Translations under genes and position numbers: made by a program | In this document: one piece after another, positions 43,380-54,043 of the stretch | Numbering within the stretch: the stretch's first letter is position 1 | Layout of the letters: each line of letters starts with the position of its first letter | Notes under the pieces: model-generated | What the model was told of the DNA's origin: nothing | Databases searched by the model: none | The model's input: only the letters and a program-made list of their open reading frames with translations | Assembly (NCBI GenBank): GCA_036689555.1 | Contig: CP144856.1 | Coordinates: 234,804 to 298,803 of the forward strand | Direction of reading: 5' to 3' | DNA length: 64,000 bases | From: Candidatus Stammera capleta | Lineage (GTDB): Bacteria > Pseudomonadota > Gammaproteobacteria > Enterobacterales > Enterobacteriaceae

Positions 43380-44642
43380 TTAATTACTATTTTTCATCAT
43401 TTTAAAAAAATCACTATTTGTTTTAGTCATAGATAATTTTTTAATTAGAAATTCCATAGCATCTACTTCATTCATTGGTTGTATAATTCTTCTTAAAATT
43501 CATATTTTCTGTAATTCTTCTAATGAAGTTAATAATTCTTCTTTTCTAGTTCCTGATCTATTATAATCTATAGCTGGAAAAATTCTTTTTTCTGCTATCT
43601 TACGAGATAAATGTAACTCCATATTACCAGTACCTTTAAATTCTTCATATATAACTTCATCCATTTTAGAACCTGTATCAATTAATGCAGTAGCAATTAT
43701 TGTTAAACTACCACCTTCTTCAACATTTCTAGCTGCACCAAAAAAACGTTTAGGACGATGCAATGCATTAGCATCTATACCTCCAGTTAACACTTTACCA
43801 GAAGATGGTACAATAGTATTATATGCACGAGCTAATCTTGTAATAGAATCTAATAAAATAATAACATCTTTTTTATGTTCTACTAATCTTTTAGCTTTTT
43901 CAATAACCATTTCAGATACTTGAATATGTCTTAAAGCAGGTTCATCAAAAGTAGATGCTATTACTTCACCTTTAACTAAACGATACATTTCAGTAACTTC
44001 TTCTGGTCTTTCATCAATTAAAAGTACCATTAATACACATTTAGGATAATTAAAACTAATACTCTGAGCAATATTTTGTAATAAAATAGTTTTACCAGCT
44101 TTCGGAGGAGCTACTATTAAACCTCTTTGTCCTCTACCTATAGGAGAAGCTAAATCTAATACACGTGAAGTTATATCATTCTGAGTACCATTTCCAATTT
44201 CCATATATAAACGACAATTAGTATGTAAAGGAGTTAAATTTTCAAAAAGTATTTTATTTTTTGAATTTTCTGGTTTATCATAATTAACTTTATTAATTTT
44301 TAATAAAGCAAAATAACGTTCCGTTTCTTTTGGAGGACGAATTTTACCAGATATAGTATCTCCAGTTCTTAAATTGAATCTACGTATTTGACTTGGAGAA
44401 ACATAAATATCATCTGGTCCTGCTAAATAAGAACTATCGGAAGATCTTAAAAAACCAAAACCATCTTGTAAAATTTCTAATACACCTTGACCAAAAATAT
44501 CTTCACCACTTTTAGAGTGTTGTTTTAAAATAGAAAAAATTATATCTTGTTTACGCATTCTAGCTAAATTTTCTAAACCTATTTTTTTTCCAAGAATAAC
44601 TAACTTAGAAACTGATATATTTTTTAGTTGCGTAAGATTCAT
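43380..44642 (-). CDS. rho: transcription termination factor Rho
   Basis: Highly conserved throughout (FGFLRS...[13 protein letters not shown]..., Walker A APPKAGKT). Continues past TGA 43500-43502 ([38 protein letters not shown]) to TAA 43380-43382. 420 aa. Confidence 0.97.
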
Positions 44643-44687
44643 AATAAATATTGAATTATTAATATTTAAATTGGAGAAGAAATAAAA

Positions 44688-45020
44688 TTAACTTAATTTA
44701 TGAGAATTTAAAAATTTAATTAAGTCAGATTCTTTTAATAAACCTACCTTAGTAGATAAAATAATACCTTTATGAAATAATACTATAGTTGGTATACTTC
44801 TAATATTATATTTATTTTGAATATAACTAGAATTTTCTATATTTATTTTAACAAATTTAACTTTTTTATAAAACTTTTTATAAACATTACTTAAAATTTT
44901 ACTAAATAATTTACAAGGGTTACATCAACTTGCTCAAAAATCAACTAAAACATATCCATTATAATTTAATACTTCATTTTTAAAAGAATCACTATCAACA
45001 TCTAAAATATTTTTATTCAT
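44688..45020 (-). CDS. trxA: thioredoxin (active site WCNPC)
   Basis: Not in the ORF track (two TGA). MNKNILDVDSDSFKNEVLNYNGYVLVDFW(TGA)ASW(TGA)CNPCK...IRSIPTIVLF. 110 aa. trxA-rho adjacency as in E. coli. Confidence 0.9.
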
Positions 45021-45193
45021 ATAAATTCCTCACCAACTAATAATAATTATTATATTACTACATTTTTAAAAAAACATAAATATATTAAATAATTTTATAA
45101 ATAAATTTATAAAACAAATCACTTTTTAAAATATATAAATTTAATAAATCTAATAATATAATAAATATAAATTTATATTATTCAAAAATCTTT

Positions 45194-46153
45194 ATGTTAA
45201 ATATATTTAAATTAAAAAAAAGAAGTTTAATAAAATTAAAAATATATAGAAAAAAAAAACTAATTAAAATTACTAATTATATTTGAGTAGATTTAATAGA
45301 TCCTTCAATAGAAGAAAGAATATATGTCCTAAATATATTAGGACAAAAAATTATACAAAAACCAAAATTATTTAATATAGAATCATCAGCTAGATTTTAT
45401 ATTGATAAAGATGGTTTACATGTTCATTCATTTTTTTTTTATAAAGATTCTAATAATAGAATAAGTAATTCAGCAGTAGCTTTTACAATCCAAAATAATA
45501 AACTCTATTCATTAAGAGAAAAAGAATTACCAGCATTTCGTTTTTACAGAATAAAAACTAAAAAAAAAGTATTAATACACTGTAATCCGTATGAATTATT
45601 ATTAAATTTATTCGAAATAAAAATAGAACAATTAGCTAATGAAATAGAAAATATATATAAAGATTTAGAAAATTTAACTCAAATAATATTAAGAGATCAA
45701 AATAATCAAAAATTTAATAGCTCTATATCTGAATTATCTACAAAAGAAGATACAACTTCAAAAATAAGAATATGTCTATCTGATACTAAAAGAGCACTAA
45801 ATTTCTTAATAAGAAAAAAAGTATTAAAAAAATTACAAATAGAACAAGCTAAAGAAATAATTAGAGATATAGAATCTTTATTTCCACATAATGAATCTAT
45901 ATTTCAAAAAATAAATTTTTTAATTCAATCTTCAATAGAATTTTTAAATATCGAACAAAATCGTATAATAAAAATATTTTCATTAATATCAGTACTATTT
46001 TTACCACCTACATTATTATCATCATCATATGGAATGAATTTTAAATATATTCCAGAATTAAATTGAAAATACGGATATCCTATTACGATAATAGGAATGT
46101 TTACATTAAGTTTTATATCATATATATATTTTAAAATTAAAAAATGATTATAA
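45194..46153 (+). CDS. corA: magnesium/cobalt transporter CorA
   Basis: Not in the ORF track. Strongly E. coli-like: IESSARFYIDKDGLHVHSFFF, RELPAFRFYR, YELLLNLFEIKIEQLANEIENIY, RALNFL, FLPPTLLSSSYGMNF (GMN motif). 319 aa. Confidence 0.95.
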
Positions 46154-46221
46154 ATAGTTTAAAATTAATAATAAAAACAATATAATAAATAAATAAGTTA
46201 TTTTTTTTTAAAAGAGGAAAA

Positions 46222-46542
46222 ATGATAATATTTAGTAAATTTAATATTGGTCAACAAGTAAGACACAAATTATTTGGTTTTCTCGGAGTAATAATAGATA
46301 TAGATTATAAATATAATTATACAGAATTAAACTTAGATAAAAAATTAATAAATAAAACATTTAAAAAATCACCTTGATATCATGTAATAATGGAAGATGA
46401 TAATGGTTATCCAATACATACTTATTTAGCTGAAGATCAATTATCTTGAGAAAATCAAATTGAACATTTTGAAACATCATCATTAGATAAATTATCAAAT
46501 TCAATTAAAAAACAATTTAAAAAACCAAAACTAAGAAATTAA
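46222..46542 (+). CDS. hspQ: heat shock protein HspQ (YccV family)
   Basis: [28 protein letters not shown]...SPW(TGA)[23 protein letters not shown]...[11 protein letters not shown] parallels E. coli HspQ end to end. Good SD (AAGAGGA) 4 nt upstream of the ATG. 106 aa. Confidence 0.88.
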
Positions 46543-46543
46543 T

Positions 46544-46921
46544 ATGAAAATATTAGGATTAGGCATAGATATATTAAATATAAACAGAATTAAAAAAATG
46601 TCATCTAATTTAATTAAAAAATTATCTCAAAGAATTCTAACTAAATTAGAACTTAAAAAATATAAAAAAGAAAAAAATAAAACATTATTTTTAGCTAGAA
46701 GTTTTGCTTCTAAAGAAGCATCATGTAAAGCTTTAGGTACTGGAATACAAAAAGGTATACATTTTAATGATTTTGAAATTATACATAATAAAAATGGAAA
46801 ACCACAAATATATTTTTTAAATAATGCTGCTAAAATTTTAATTAAAAAACATGCTACTAAAATACATATAAGTATAACAGACGAAAAAAAATACGTTGTA
46901 TCTATAGTTATTATAGAATAA
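46544..46921 (+). CDS. acpS: holo-[acyl-carrier-protein] synthase
   Basis: Single ORF of 125 aa. ILGLGIDILNINRI..., FASKEASCKALGTG, ...NGKPQ. 4'-phosphopantetheinyl transferase pattern. Confidence 0.88.
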   Translation: MKILGLGIDILNINRIKKMSSNLIKKLSQRILTKLELKKYKKEKNKTLFLARSFASKEASCKALGTGIQKGIHFNDFEIIHNKNGKPQIYFLNNAAKILIKKHATKIHISITDEKKYVVSIVIIE

Positions 46922-46924
46922 AAA

Positions 46925-47782
46925 TTATAATGAATATAATCATATAATTTCTTTCATTCATAAAGATTTATTTTTAGATTCTAAAATTAATGGAATATTA
47001 TTAAAAAATTTATTCTTCATAATTCAATAAAAAATATTATTACCAATAAAATTATTTATTATAGAATCATGTCTATCTTTTTTACTATTAAAATTATATT
47101 TACTTCCATTTAAATGAATAACTTTTAAATAATTTAATCCTATAAAGTTATGAAAATTTAAAAAAAAAGATTTACATAAAAAAAAATTTCTTAAATCATA
47201 ACCAGAAGAAAATGCATGACATATATCTATACATACCCCAATACGTGATTTATTTTCAATATTAGAAATAATATATTCAATTTGTTTAAAAGAATATCCT
47301 ATGGAAGTACCTTTATTAACAACATTTTCTATTAATAATACAACATCTTTAGTTTTATTTATTATAAAATTTATAGATTTAATAATTACCTGAATACATT
47401 TATATTCAGATATCATATTTAAATGATATCCTAAATGAAAAACAATATATTTAATTTTAAGTAGATTACAAAAATATATTTCTTTAATTAATATAGATAT
47501 ATAAAAATATAATTTTTCTTTTATATAATGACCTAAATTAATAATAAAATTACTGTGTGCTATAAAATAATTATTTAAAATATTATTTTTTTTTAAAAAA
47601 AATAATATTTTACTAATTTTATAAAATAAAAAAACATTTTTTTTACGTAATCAAGGAGGATAAATAAAAAAAGAAAAGGTTTTTATTCCTAAATTTTTAA
47701 TTAAGAAAAATATATTTTTTAATTTATAATTATTAATATATATACCGATTTTTTTTTCTCTTATTTTTAAATTATTTGTCAT
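46925..47782 (-). CDS. nfo: endonuclease IV
   Basis: KSRIGVCIDICHAFSSGYDL, VIHLNGSKYNFNSKKDRHDSI, IPLILES. In frame from ATG 47782 through TGA codons to TAA 46925-46927. 285 aa, same as E. coli Nfo. Confidence 0.9.
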
Positions 47783-47842
47783 AAATACATTATATATTAT
47801 ATTATGTATATAAATATAAAAATAAAATAATATAAATACAAA

Positions 47843-48148
47843 ATGAAAAATATATTAATTCCAGTTAAATATAAAAAAGAAAAAGGATCTAAATATAGTA
47901 AAAAAATAAGAAATAATAATTTTATACCAGGAATAATATATGGTAAAAAAAAAAAAAATATTATGTTTTATTTAAAACATGATACTATCTATAATACAAT
48001 AAAAAAAAATCAATTAAAATATAAAAATATAGAAAATTTAGTTTTTAAATTAAAATTTAAACATAAAATAATTAAATCAAAAATAAAAAAAATACAAAAA
48101 CATCCATTTAAAAATAAAATATTACACATAGATTTTATGTATATATAA
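47843..48148 (+). CDS. rplY: 50S ribosomal protein L25
   Basis: Single ORF of 101 aa. ...KEKGSKYSKKIRNNNFIPGIIYGKKKK... and C-terminal IQKHPFKNKILHIDF match E. coli L25. Confidence 0.88.
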   Translation: MKNILIPVKYKKEKGSKYSKKIRNNNFIPGIIYGKKKKNIMFYLKHDTIYNTIKKNQLKYKNIENLVFKLKFKHKIIKSKIKKIQKHPFKNKILHIDFMYI

Positions 48149-48159
48149 CAAAATTAACT

Positions 48160-48231
48160 TGGGTCGTACAGGATTCGAACCTGTGACCAATTGATTAAAA
48201 GTCAACTGCTCTACCTCTGAGCTAACGACCC
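48160..48231 (-). tRNA. tRNA-Lys (TTT)
   Basis: Reverse complement GGGTCGTTAGCTCAGAGGTAGAGCAGTTGACTTTTAATCAATTGGTCACAGGTTCGAATCCTGTACGACCCA is nearly identical to E. coli tRNA-Lys. Confidence 0.93.
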
Positions 48232-48290
48232 ATTATACTCGTACAAATATAATATTACATATATATTAATATAATTTAATATCAAAAACA

Positions 48291-48737
48291 ATGGAAAAAA
48301 TTAAAATATTTAAAATTCATAAAGATTCTTGAATACCAAAATACATGACTAGTGGATCATCAGGATTAGATATAAAAGCATATTTAAAAAAAAAGATAAT
48401 TCTAAAACCTTTAGAAACTAAACTAATAAAAACTGGAATTAAAATATATATTAAAAAAAAAAATATTACAGGTTTAATAATTCCTAGATCAGGATTAGGT
48501 CATAAAAATGGTATTATATTGAGTAATAATATTGGTGTTATAGATTCTGATTATCAAGGAGAAATTATAATTCCATTATTAAATAGAAGTAATAAAGAGT
48601 TTAAAATTAAAAATAAAGATAGAATAGCTCAAATAATATTTATACCAATATTAAAAATAAAATTTACTATAGTAAAAAAATTTAAAAAAAAAACAAAAAG
48701 AAATAAATATGGTTTCGGTCATACAGGTACAAAATAA
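48291..48737 (+). CDS. dut: dUTP diphosphatase
   Basis: ATG 48291. ...W(TGA)IPKYMTSGSSGLDIKA, IPRSGLGHKNGIILSNNIGVIDSDYQGEI, C-terminal GFGHTG. 148 aa. Confidence 0.93.
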
Positions 48738-48757
48738 TTTTTTTAAAAAAAAATATT

Positions 48758-50065
48758 ATGTCTATAAAAAAAAAAATTAATTTATTAATCAAAAAATACA
48801 AAAATTTCTTAGTTGGATTTAGTGGAGGTGTAGATTCTACTGTATTATTATATGAATTATATAAACAATCATTAAAAAAAAATATATATATTAGAGCTAT
48901 ACATATAAATCATAATATTAACCCATTATCTTATAAATGATCATATCATTGTAAAAAAATATGTAAAAAATTGAATATTAAATTACTTATAGAAAAAGTA
49001 AGTACTAAAATCAAAAAAAATATAGAATGTACTTTAAGAAAAATAAGATATTCAATATATAAAAAAAAAATGTTAAATAATGAAATAATATTAACAGCAC
49101 ATAATAAAAATGATCAATGCGAAACTTTTTTTTTAGCTTTAAAAAGAGGTAGTGGTCCAAAAGGTTTATCTGGTATTAAAAAAAAAATAAAAATTAATAA
49201 AAAAAATTTTATTTATAGACCTTTATTAAAAATTAGTAAAAATAAAATTCAAAAATATGCAATAAAAAATAAATTAAAATGAATTGAAGATGATAGTAAT
49301 AATAATATTAAATTTGAAAGAAATTTTTTAAGATTATTAATAATTAAAAAATTAGTTCAAAAATGACCACATTTTCTATCTTCAGTATATAGAAGTGCTA
49401 AAATATGTTGAGAACAAGAAAAAATATTAAATAATATATTTAAAAAAAAAATAAAAAAAAAATATATATATAAAAATTCTTTAAAATTAAAAAATATATT
49501 TTTATTAACTAAAAATGAACAATTTATAATTACTAGAATATGAATAAAAAAAAATAAAAAAAAAATGATTTCATATAAATTAATGAAAGATATGTGAAAA
49601 AAAATAATAAAATATAAAAAAAAAATATATTTTAAATTTATTTTTAAAAAATTTATAATTAATAAATATAAAAATAATTTATATTTAACTAAAAAATATA
49701 AAGATATAAATAAAACATCATTTTTATGAAAGAATATTAAAAAAAAATTTTATTTACCTAACAAAAATGGATATCTAAAAATAATAAAATCAAAAAAAAA
49801 AAATAAAAATTTAATTAGAAAAATATATAAAAATGAATTTATTTATATAAAATTTAAAATAAAAAATAAAATAAAAATCAAAAACAAAAAATCTAAAAAA
49901 ATCAAAAAAATATGACAGGAAAAAAAAATTTTTCCATGAAAAAGAAAATATATACCTATTATCTTTTATAATGAAAAACCTATTTTATGTCCAAATATTT
50001 TTATTACTAAAGAAGGGGAACCTAAAAAAGAAAAAAAAACATGAGTAATAAAATGAGTAAAATAA
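48758..50065 (+). CDS. tilS: tRNA(Ile)-lysidine synthase
   Basis: PP-loop VGFSGGVDSTVL, TAHNKNDQCETF, YRPLL. C-terminal KKIW(TGA)QEKKIFPW(TGA)KRKYIPIIFYNEKPI parallels the E. coli TilS tail. N- and C-terminal motifs are in the same frame. TAA 50063-50065. 435 aa. Confidence 0.9.
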
Positions 50066-50071
50066 AATAAT

Positions 50072-51769
50072 TTAATTATATTTACTTAATAAATAATCAA
50101 ATATATCATCAATATAAATAAACTTTTTAAATTTATTTAATCTATCTTGAAACTCAACTAATCCAAAAACTAAATTTTTTTCACTTAATATTAATAAATT
50201 AGGAATACCAATTAAATTTAAATCAGTAAACATTTCCCCTATATACAATTCTCTATCATCTAATAAAACATCTACATTATTTTTAATTAAAAAATCATAT
50301 ATTTTAAAAGATATATCATATACTAATTTACATTTATACATATTAATAGGTAGTATACCTAATTTAAAATTAGAAATTAATAAAGGTCATATAATACCAT
50401 TATTATCATGATAATTTTCAACTAAACAAGATATTATTCTTGTAATACCTATACCATAACAACCCATAAAAATATTTTTATTAAAAAAATAATTATTACT
50501 AAAAATAGATGTATAATAATTACCTAATTTAAAAATATGTGCTATTTCAGTAGATTTTACTATTTTTTTTTTTTTAACTTTATTTTTAAATAAAAAAAAA
50601 TTTGTATTTCTACATATATCATAAAAACCACTTACATTAATATTAATAAATCAATTTGCATTAATATAAAAAAAATTTTTTTTATTAGCACCAATAGTAA
50701 AGTTATTAATATTAATTAAAGAATAATCAGAAATAATTTTATAATTTAAAAAAGGTCCTAAAAATATAGATTTAAATTTAAATTTTAAAAAAATTTTATT
50801 TTTACTTCATATAATAATTTTTTTTACAAAAGAATATATTTTATATAATTTTAAAATATCTATTTTTTTATTTAAAGGTATTAATATTAATAAAAAAAAA
50901 GTTTTTTTATTACTAATAAATTCTACTAAATAAGTTTTGATAATTTTTTTAAATATAAAAAAATTATATTTTTCATTAAATTTTTTTAAATTATTTATAT
51001 TAAATAATTCAATTTTTTTATTATATTTACTAAAATGATTAAATTTTCTTTTTTCAAAAAAATATTTAGAATAATTATAATTAATTTTTTTTTTACTAAT
51101 AGTAATTTCGTCTTCACCATTTTTAGAAAATATATGAAATTCATGAGATAAAAAACCTTTAATATTTCCACAATCTTCTTCTTTATAAAAAAAATTTAAA
51201 CCTAATTGATTTAAAATATTTTGATATATATTAAATATTTTATAATATGTTTTATCTAAACATTTTAAAGAATTATGAAAAGAATAAGCATCTTTCATAA
51301 AAAATTCACGTAATCTTATAATACCTAATTTAGGTCTAATTTCATCTCTAAATTTTTTTTGTATTTGATAAAAAATTTTAGGATAAAAATTTAAATTAAA
51401 ATTTTCATCACTTACTAATTTAGTAATAACTTCTTCATGAGTAGGTGATATTATAAATAACTTATTTTTTCTATCATAAAATTTAAATAATTCCTGACCA
51501 TATTCTAATAATCTTCCACTCTTATCTCATATATAAGAAGGTTGAATAATAGGCATATTAATTTCCATAGCATTAATTTTATTAAAATAACTTTTAATTA
51601 AATTAATAATATTATTAATAACTTTAATACCATTAGGTAATCATATATATATTCCAGATGATAACTGACGTATTATACCTCCTTTTATCATCAAACTATA
51701 TATAAAATTATTATTTTTATTTAAAAAAATATCTTTAGAAGTAAATAAAGAATATTGTTTTGTTTTCAT
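50072..51769 (-). CDS. proS: prolyl-tRNA synthetase
   Basis: ATG 51769. MKTKQYSLFTSKD...MIKGGIIRQLSSGIYIW(TGA)LPNG, ...FRDEIRPKLGIIRLREFFMKDAYSFH. All pieces are in one frame. 565 aa versus about 572 in E. coli. Confidence 0.93.
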
Positions 51770-51798
51770 ATACTTATTAAAAATTAAATAATATTTTA

Positions 51799-52146
51799 CT
51801 AACCTACCATATTACCTAAATAATTACCTCCTAATAAATGCATATGTAAATAAAATACTTCTTGACCAGCATGTTTATTACAATTTATTACTATTCTATA
51901 TCCATTTTTACTAATACCTTTTTTTTTAGCTATCTTAGAAATTATAAATAACATTTTACCTAAAATCATAATATGATCTTTTTTAATTTTGTTCATATTT
52001 TTAATATAAATATTAGGTACTATTATTATATGTATTAAAGATTTAGGTTTAATATCATAAAAAGCAGTTACATCTTTATCTTTATAAACAATTTTTGATT
52101 TTATTTTTCCAGATACAATATTCTTAAATATATTTTTATTATTCAT
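51799..52146 (-). CDS. hinT: HIT-family purine nucleoside phosphoramidase (HinT)
   Basis: Single ORF of 115 aa. IF.NIVSGKI..., histidine triad HLHMHLLGG. Confidence 0.88.
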   Translation of the reverse strand: MNNKNIFKNIVSGKIKSKIVYKDKDVTAFYDIKPKSLIHIIIVPNIYIKNMNKIKKDHIMILGKMLFIISKIAKKKGISKNGYRIVINCNKHAGQEVFYLHMHLLGGNYLGNMVG

Positions 52147-52305
52147 AAATTTATTAATTTTAATTAATTACATACTATATTATATCAATTAATTTTAAAT
52201 TAAATAAATTATATAAATATTATAAATAATATAAATAATATAAATATTAATAGTGACTTTAAAATTTAAATTTGTTATACTTTATTTTAAAGATAATATA
52301 TATGC

Positions 52306-52378
52306 AGGTCTATAGCTCAGCGGCAAGAGCACACCCCTGATAAGGGTGAGGTCAGTGGTTCAAATCCGCTTAGACCTA
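52306..52378 (+). tRNA. tRNA-Ile (GAT)
   Basis: AGGTCTATAGCTCAGCGGCAAGAGCACACCCCTGATAAGGGTGAGGTCAGTGGTTCAAATCCGCTTAGACCTA. The anticodon arm is identical to E. coli tRNA-Ile(GAU). Confidence 0.92.
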
Positions 52379-52383
52379 AATTT

Positions 52384-52456
52384 AGGGGTATAGTTTAATC
52401 CGGTAGAATAATGGTCTCCAAAATCATAGGTTAAGGTTCAAATCCTTCTACCCCTG
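52384..52456 (+). tRNA. tRNA-Trp (CCA anticodon)
   Basis: AGGGGTATAGTTTAATCCGGTAGAATAATGGTCTCCAAAATCATAGGTTAAGGTTCAAATCCTTCTACCCCTG. Acceptor AGGGGTA/TACCCCT with discriminator G, anticodon loop CTCCAAA as in E. coli tRNA-Trp. D stem GTTT/GAAT gives T11-A24. Confidence 0.9.
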
Positions 52457-52458
52457 TA

Positions 52459-52506
52459 AATAGGATATTTTTTTAAAAAATATTTTTTTTAAAAAAATAT
52501 CCTATT
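52459..52506. terminator. 48-nt near-perfect palindrome between the convergent tRNA-Ile/Trp unit and ompR (putative bidirectional intrinsic terminator)
   Basis: AATAGGATATTTTTTT (52459-52474) is the exact reverse complement of AAAAAAATATCCTATT (52491-52506). The 16-nt centre AAAAAATATTTTTTTT is itself mostly self-complementary. T-runs flank the stem on both strands. Confidence 0.6.
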
Positions 52507-52534
52507 CAAATAACTTTATTTAATTTAAATAAAT

Positions 52535-53266
52535 TTATTGTATATTATTATTGTTACTATCTGGTACAAATACATAACCTAATCCTCAAACAGTTTGTAT
52601 ATATCTTGGTTTAAAAGAATTATTTTCTATTAAACGACGTAATCTTGATATTTGAACATCTATAGATCTTTCAATAGCATTATATTCTTTACCTCTAGCT
52701 AAAAACATTAATTTTTCTCTAGACAAAGGTTTTTTAGCATTATTTATTAAAACTTTTAATATAGAAAATTCACTACTGGTTAAAAAAATTTTTTTGTTAT
52801 CCTTAAACATTTCTCTAGTAATTAAATTCAATTCACAATTTCCAAATTTTACTATAATATCTTCTTTAAATAAGGAAATACTAGATGTTTCATAATATTG
52901 ACGTCTTAATAAAGATCTTATACGAGCTAATAATTCTCTAGGATTAAAAGGTTTAGAAATATAATCATCAGCACCTATTTCTAAACCAATAACACGGTCT
53001 ATATCATCATTTTTAGCTGTTACTATTATTATAGGAATAAAATTATCTTCACTACGTAATCTTTTACATACTGATAAACCATCTTCACCAGGTAAAACTA
53101 AATCTAATATAATTAAATGAAATATTTCTCTAACTAATAATCTTTGCATTTGTATAGAATTTACAACATTTTTAACATTAAAATTATATTTATTTAAATA
53201 ATTTTTTAAAATAGATATCAATTCTATATCATCATCTACAATTAAAATTTTTTTATTTTCTAACAT
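52535..53266 (-). CDS. ompR: OmpR-family response regulator, OmpR orthologue
   Basis: KILIVDDD, HLIILDLVLPGEDGLSVCKRLRS, IIIVTAK, IGADDYISKPFNPRELLARIR, ERSIDVQISRLRR, PRYIQTVW(TGA 52586-52588)GLGYVFVPD. Near-identical blocks to E. coli OmpR. TAA 52535-52537. 243 aa. Confidence 0.95.
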
Positions 53267-53370
53267 AAAAACTCCAAAAATTTATATTTATTAAATATAT
53301 ATTTAATATTATAAAAAATATAATATAAAAAAAATATGCATATTAATAAAAATAATAATAATAAATCATT

Positions 53371-53943
53371 TTATATATTATTTAAATTATTTACACGAGA
53401 TTGATAAGAAAAATATTTTGTATTCACTTTAATAAAATCCCCTACATTAATAAAATTAGGAACCTTTATTTTAAAACCAGTAATTAACTTTACATATTTT
53501 ATATTTGAAGAAAAATTATTTTTTTTATTAATATCAATTTCTATAACTTTTAATATAACATATTTAGGTAATAAAATATTTATAGGATAATTATTTCAAA
53601 ATACAATTTTATAAAAATTATTTATATATATTAAAAAAACATATTTTTCAACTATTTTTTTAGATAAAAATATTTGATTATAATTATACTTATTTAAAAA
53701 ATATCAATTATCCTTAAAATTATATATATATAAATATTTTTCTATATAGATATTAGCTTTTTTAATATTGTTAAAAAACTTAAATGTTTTAATAATTAAT
53801 TTATTTGTGATTCAATTTCTTATTTTAGTACGTATAAATTTATGACCTTTACCAGGTTTAATAAAATCAACAAATTCTATTTTATAAGGTTCATTAGAAT
53901 AAATAATATTATTACCAATAAAAAAAATTTCTTTTAAATTCAT
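53371..53943 (-). CDS. efp: elongation factor P
   Basis: Not in the ORF track (three TGA). ATG 53943. ...YKIEFVDFIKPGKGHKFIRTKIRNW(TGA)... (KPGKG loop with the modified Lys). TAA 53371-53373. 190 aa. Confidence 0.88.
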
Positions 53944-54043
53944 ATATTTAATAAATAAATTAATAAAAACTTTTAAATTATATTATAATTAATAAATTAT
54001 AATTTTAAAACATAATAAATTAAATAACAAAATTATTAAATAT

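Noticed and set aside
52272-52305. A sigma-70-like promoter (TTGTTA, 16 nt spacer, TAATAT) just upstream of tRNA-Ile.
   Set aside because: In DNA this AT-rich, -10/-35-like hexamers occur by chance almost everywhere. I cannot distinguish this one from background without transcript mapping.
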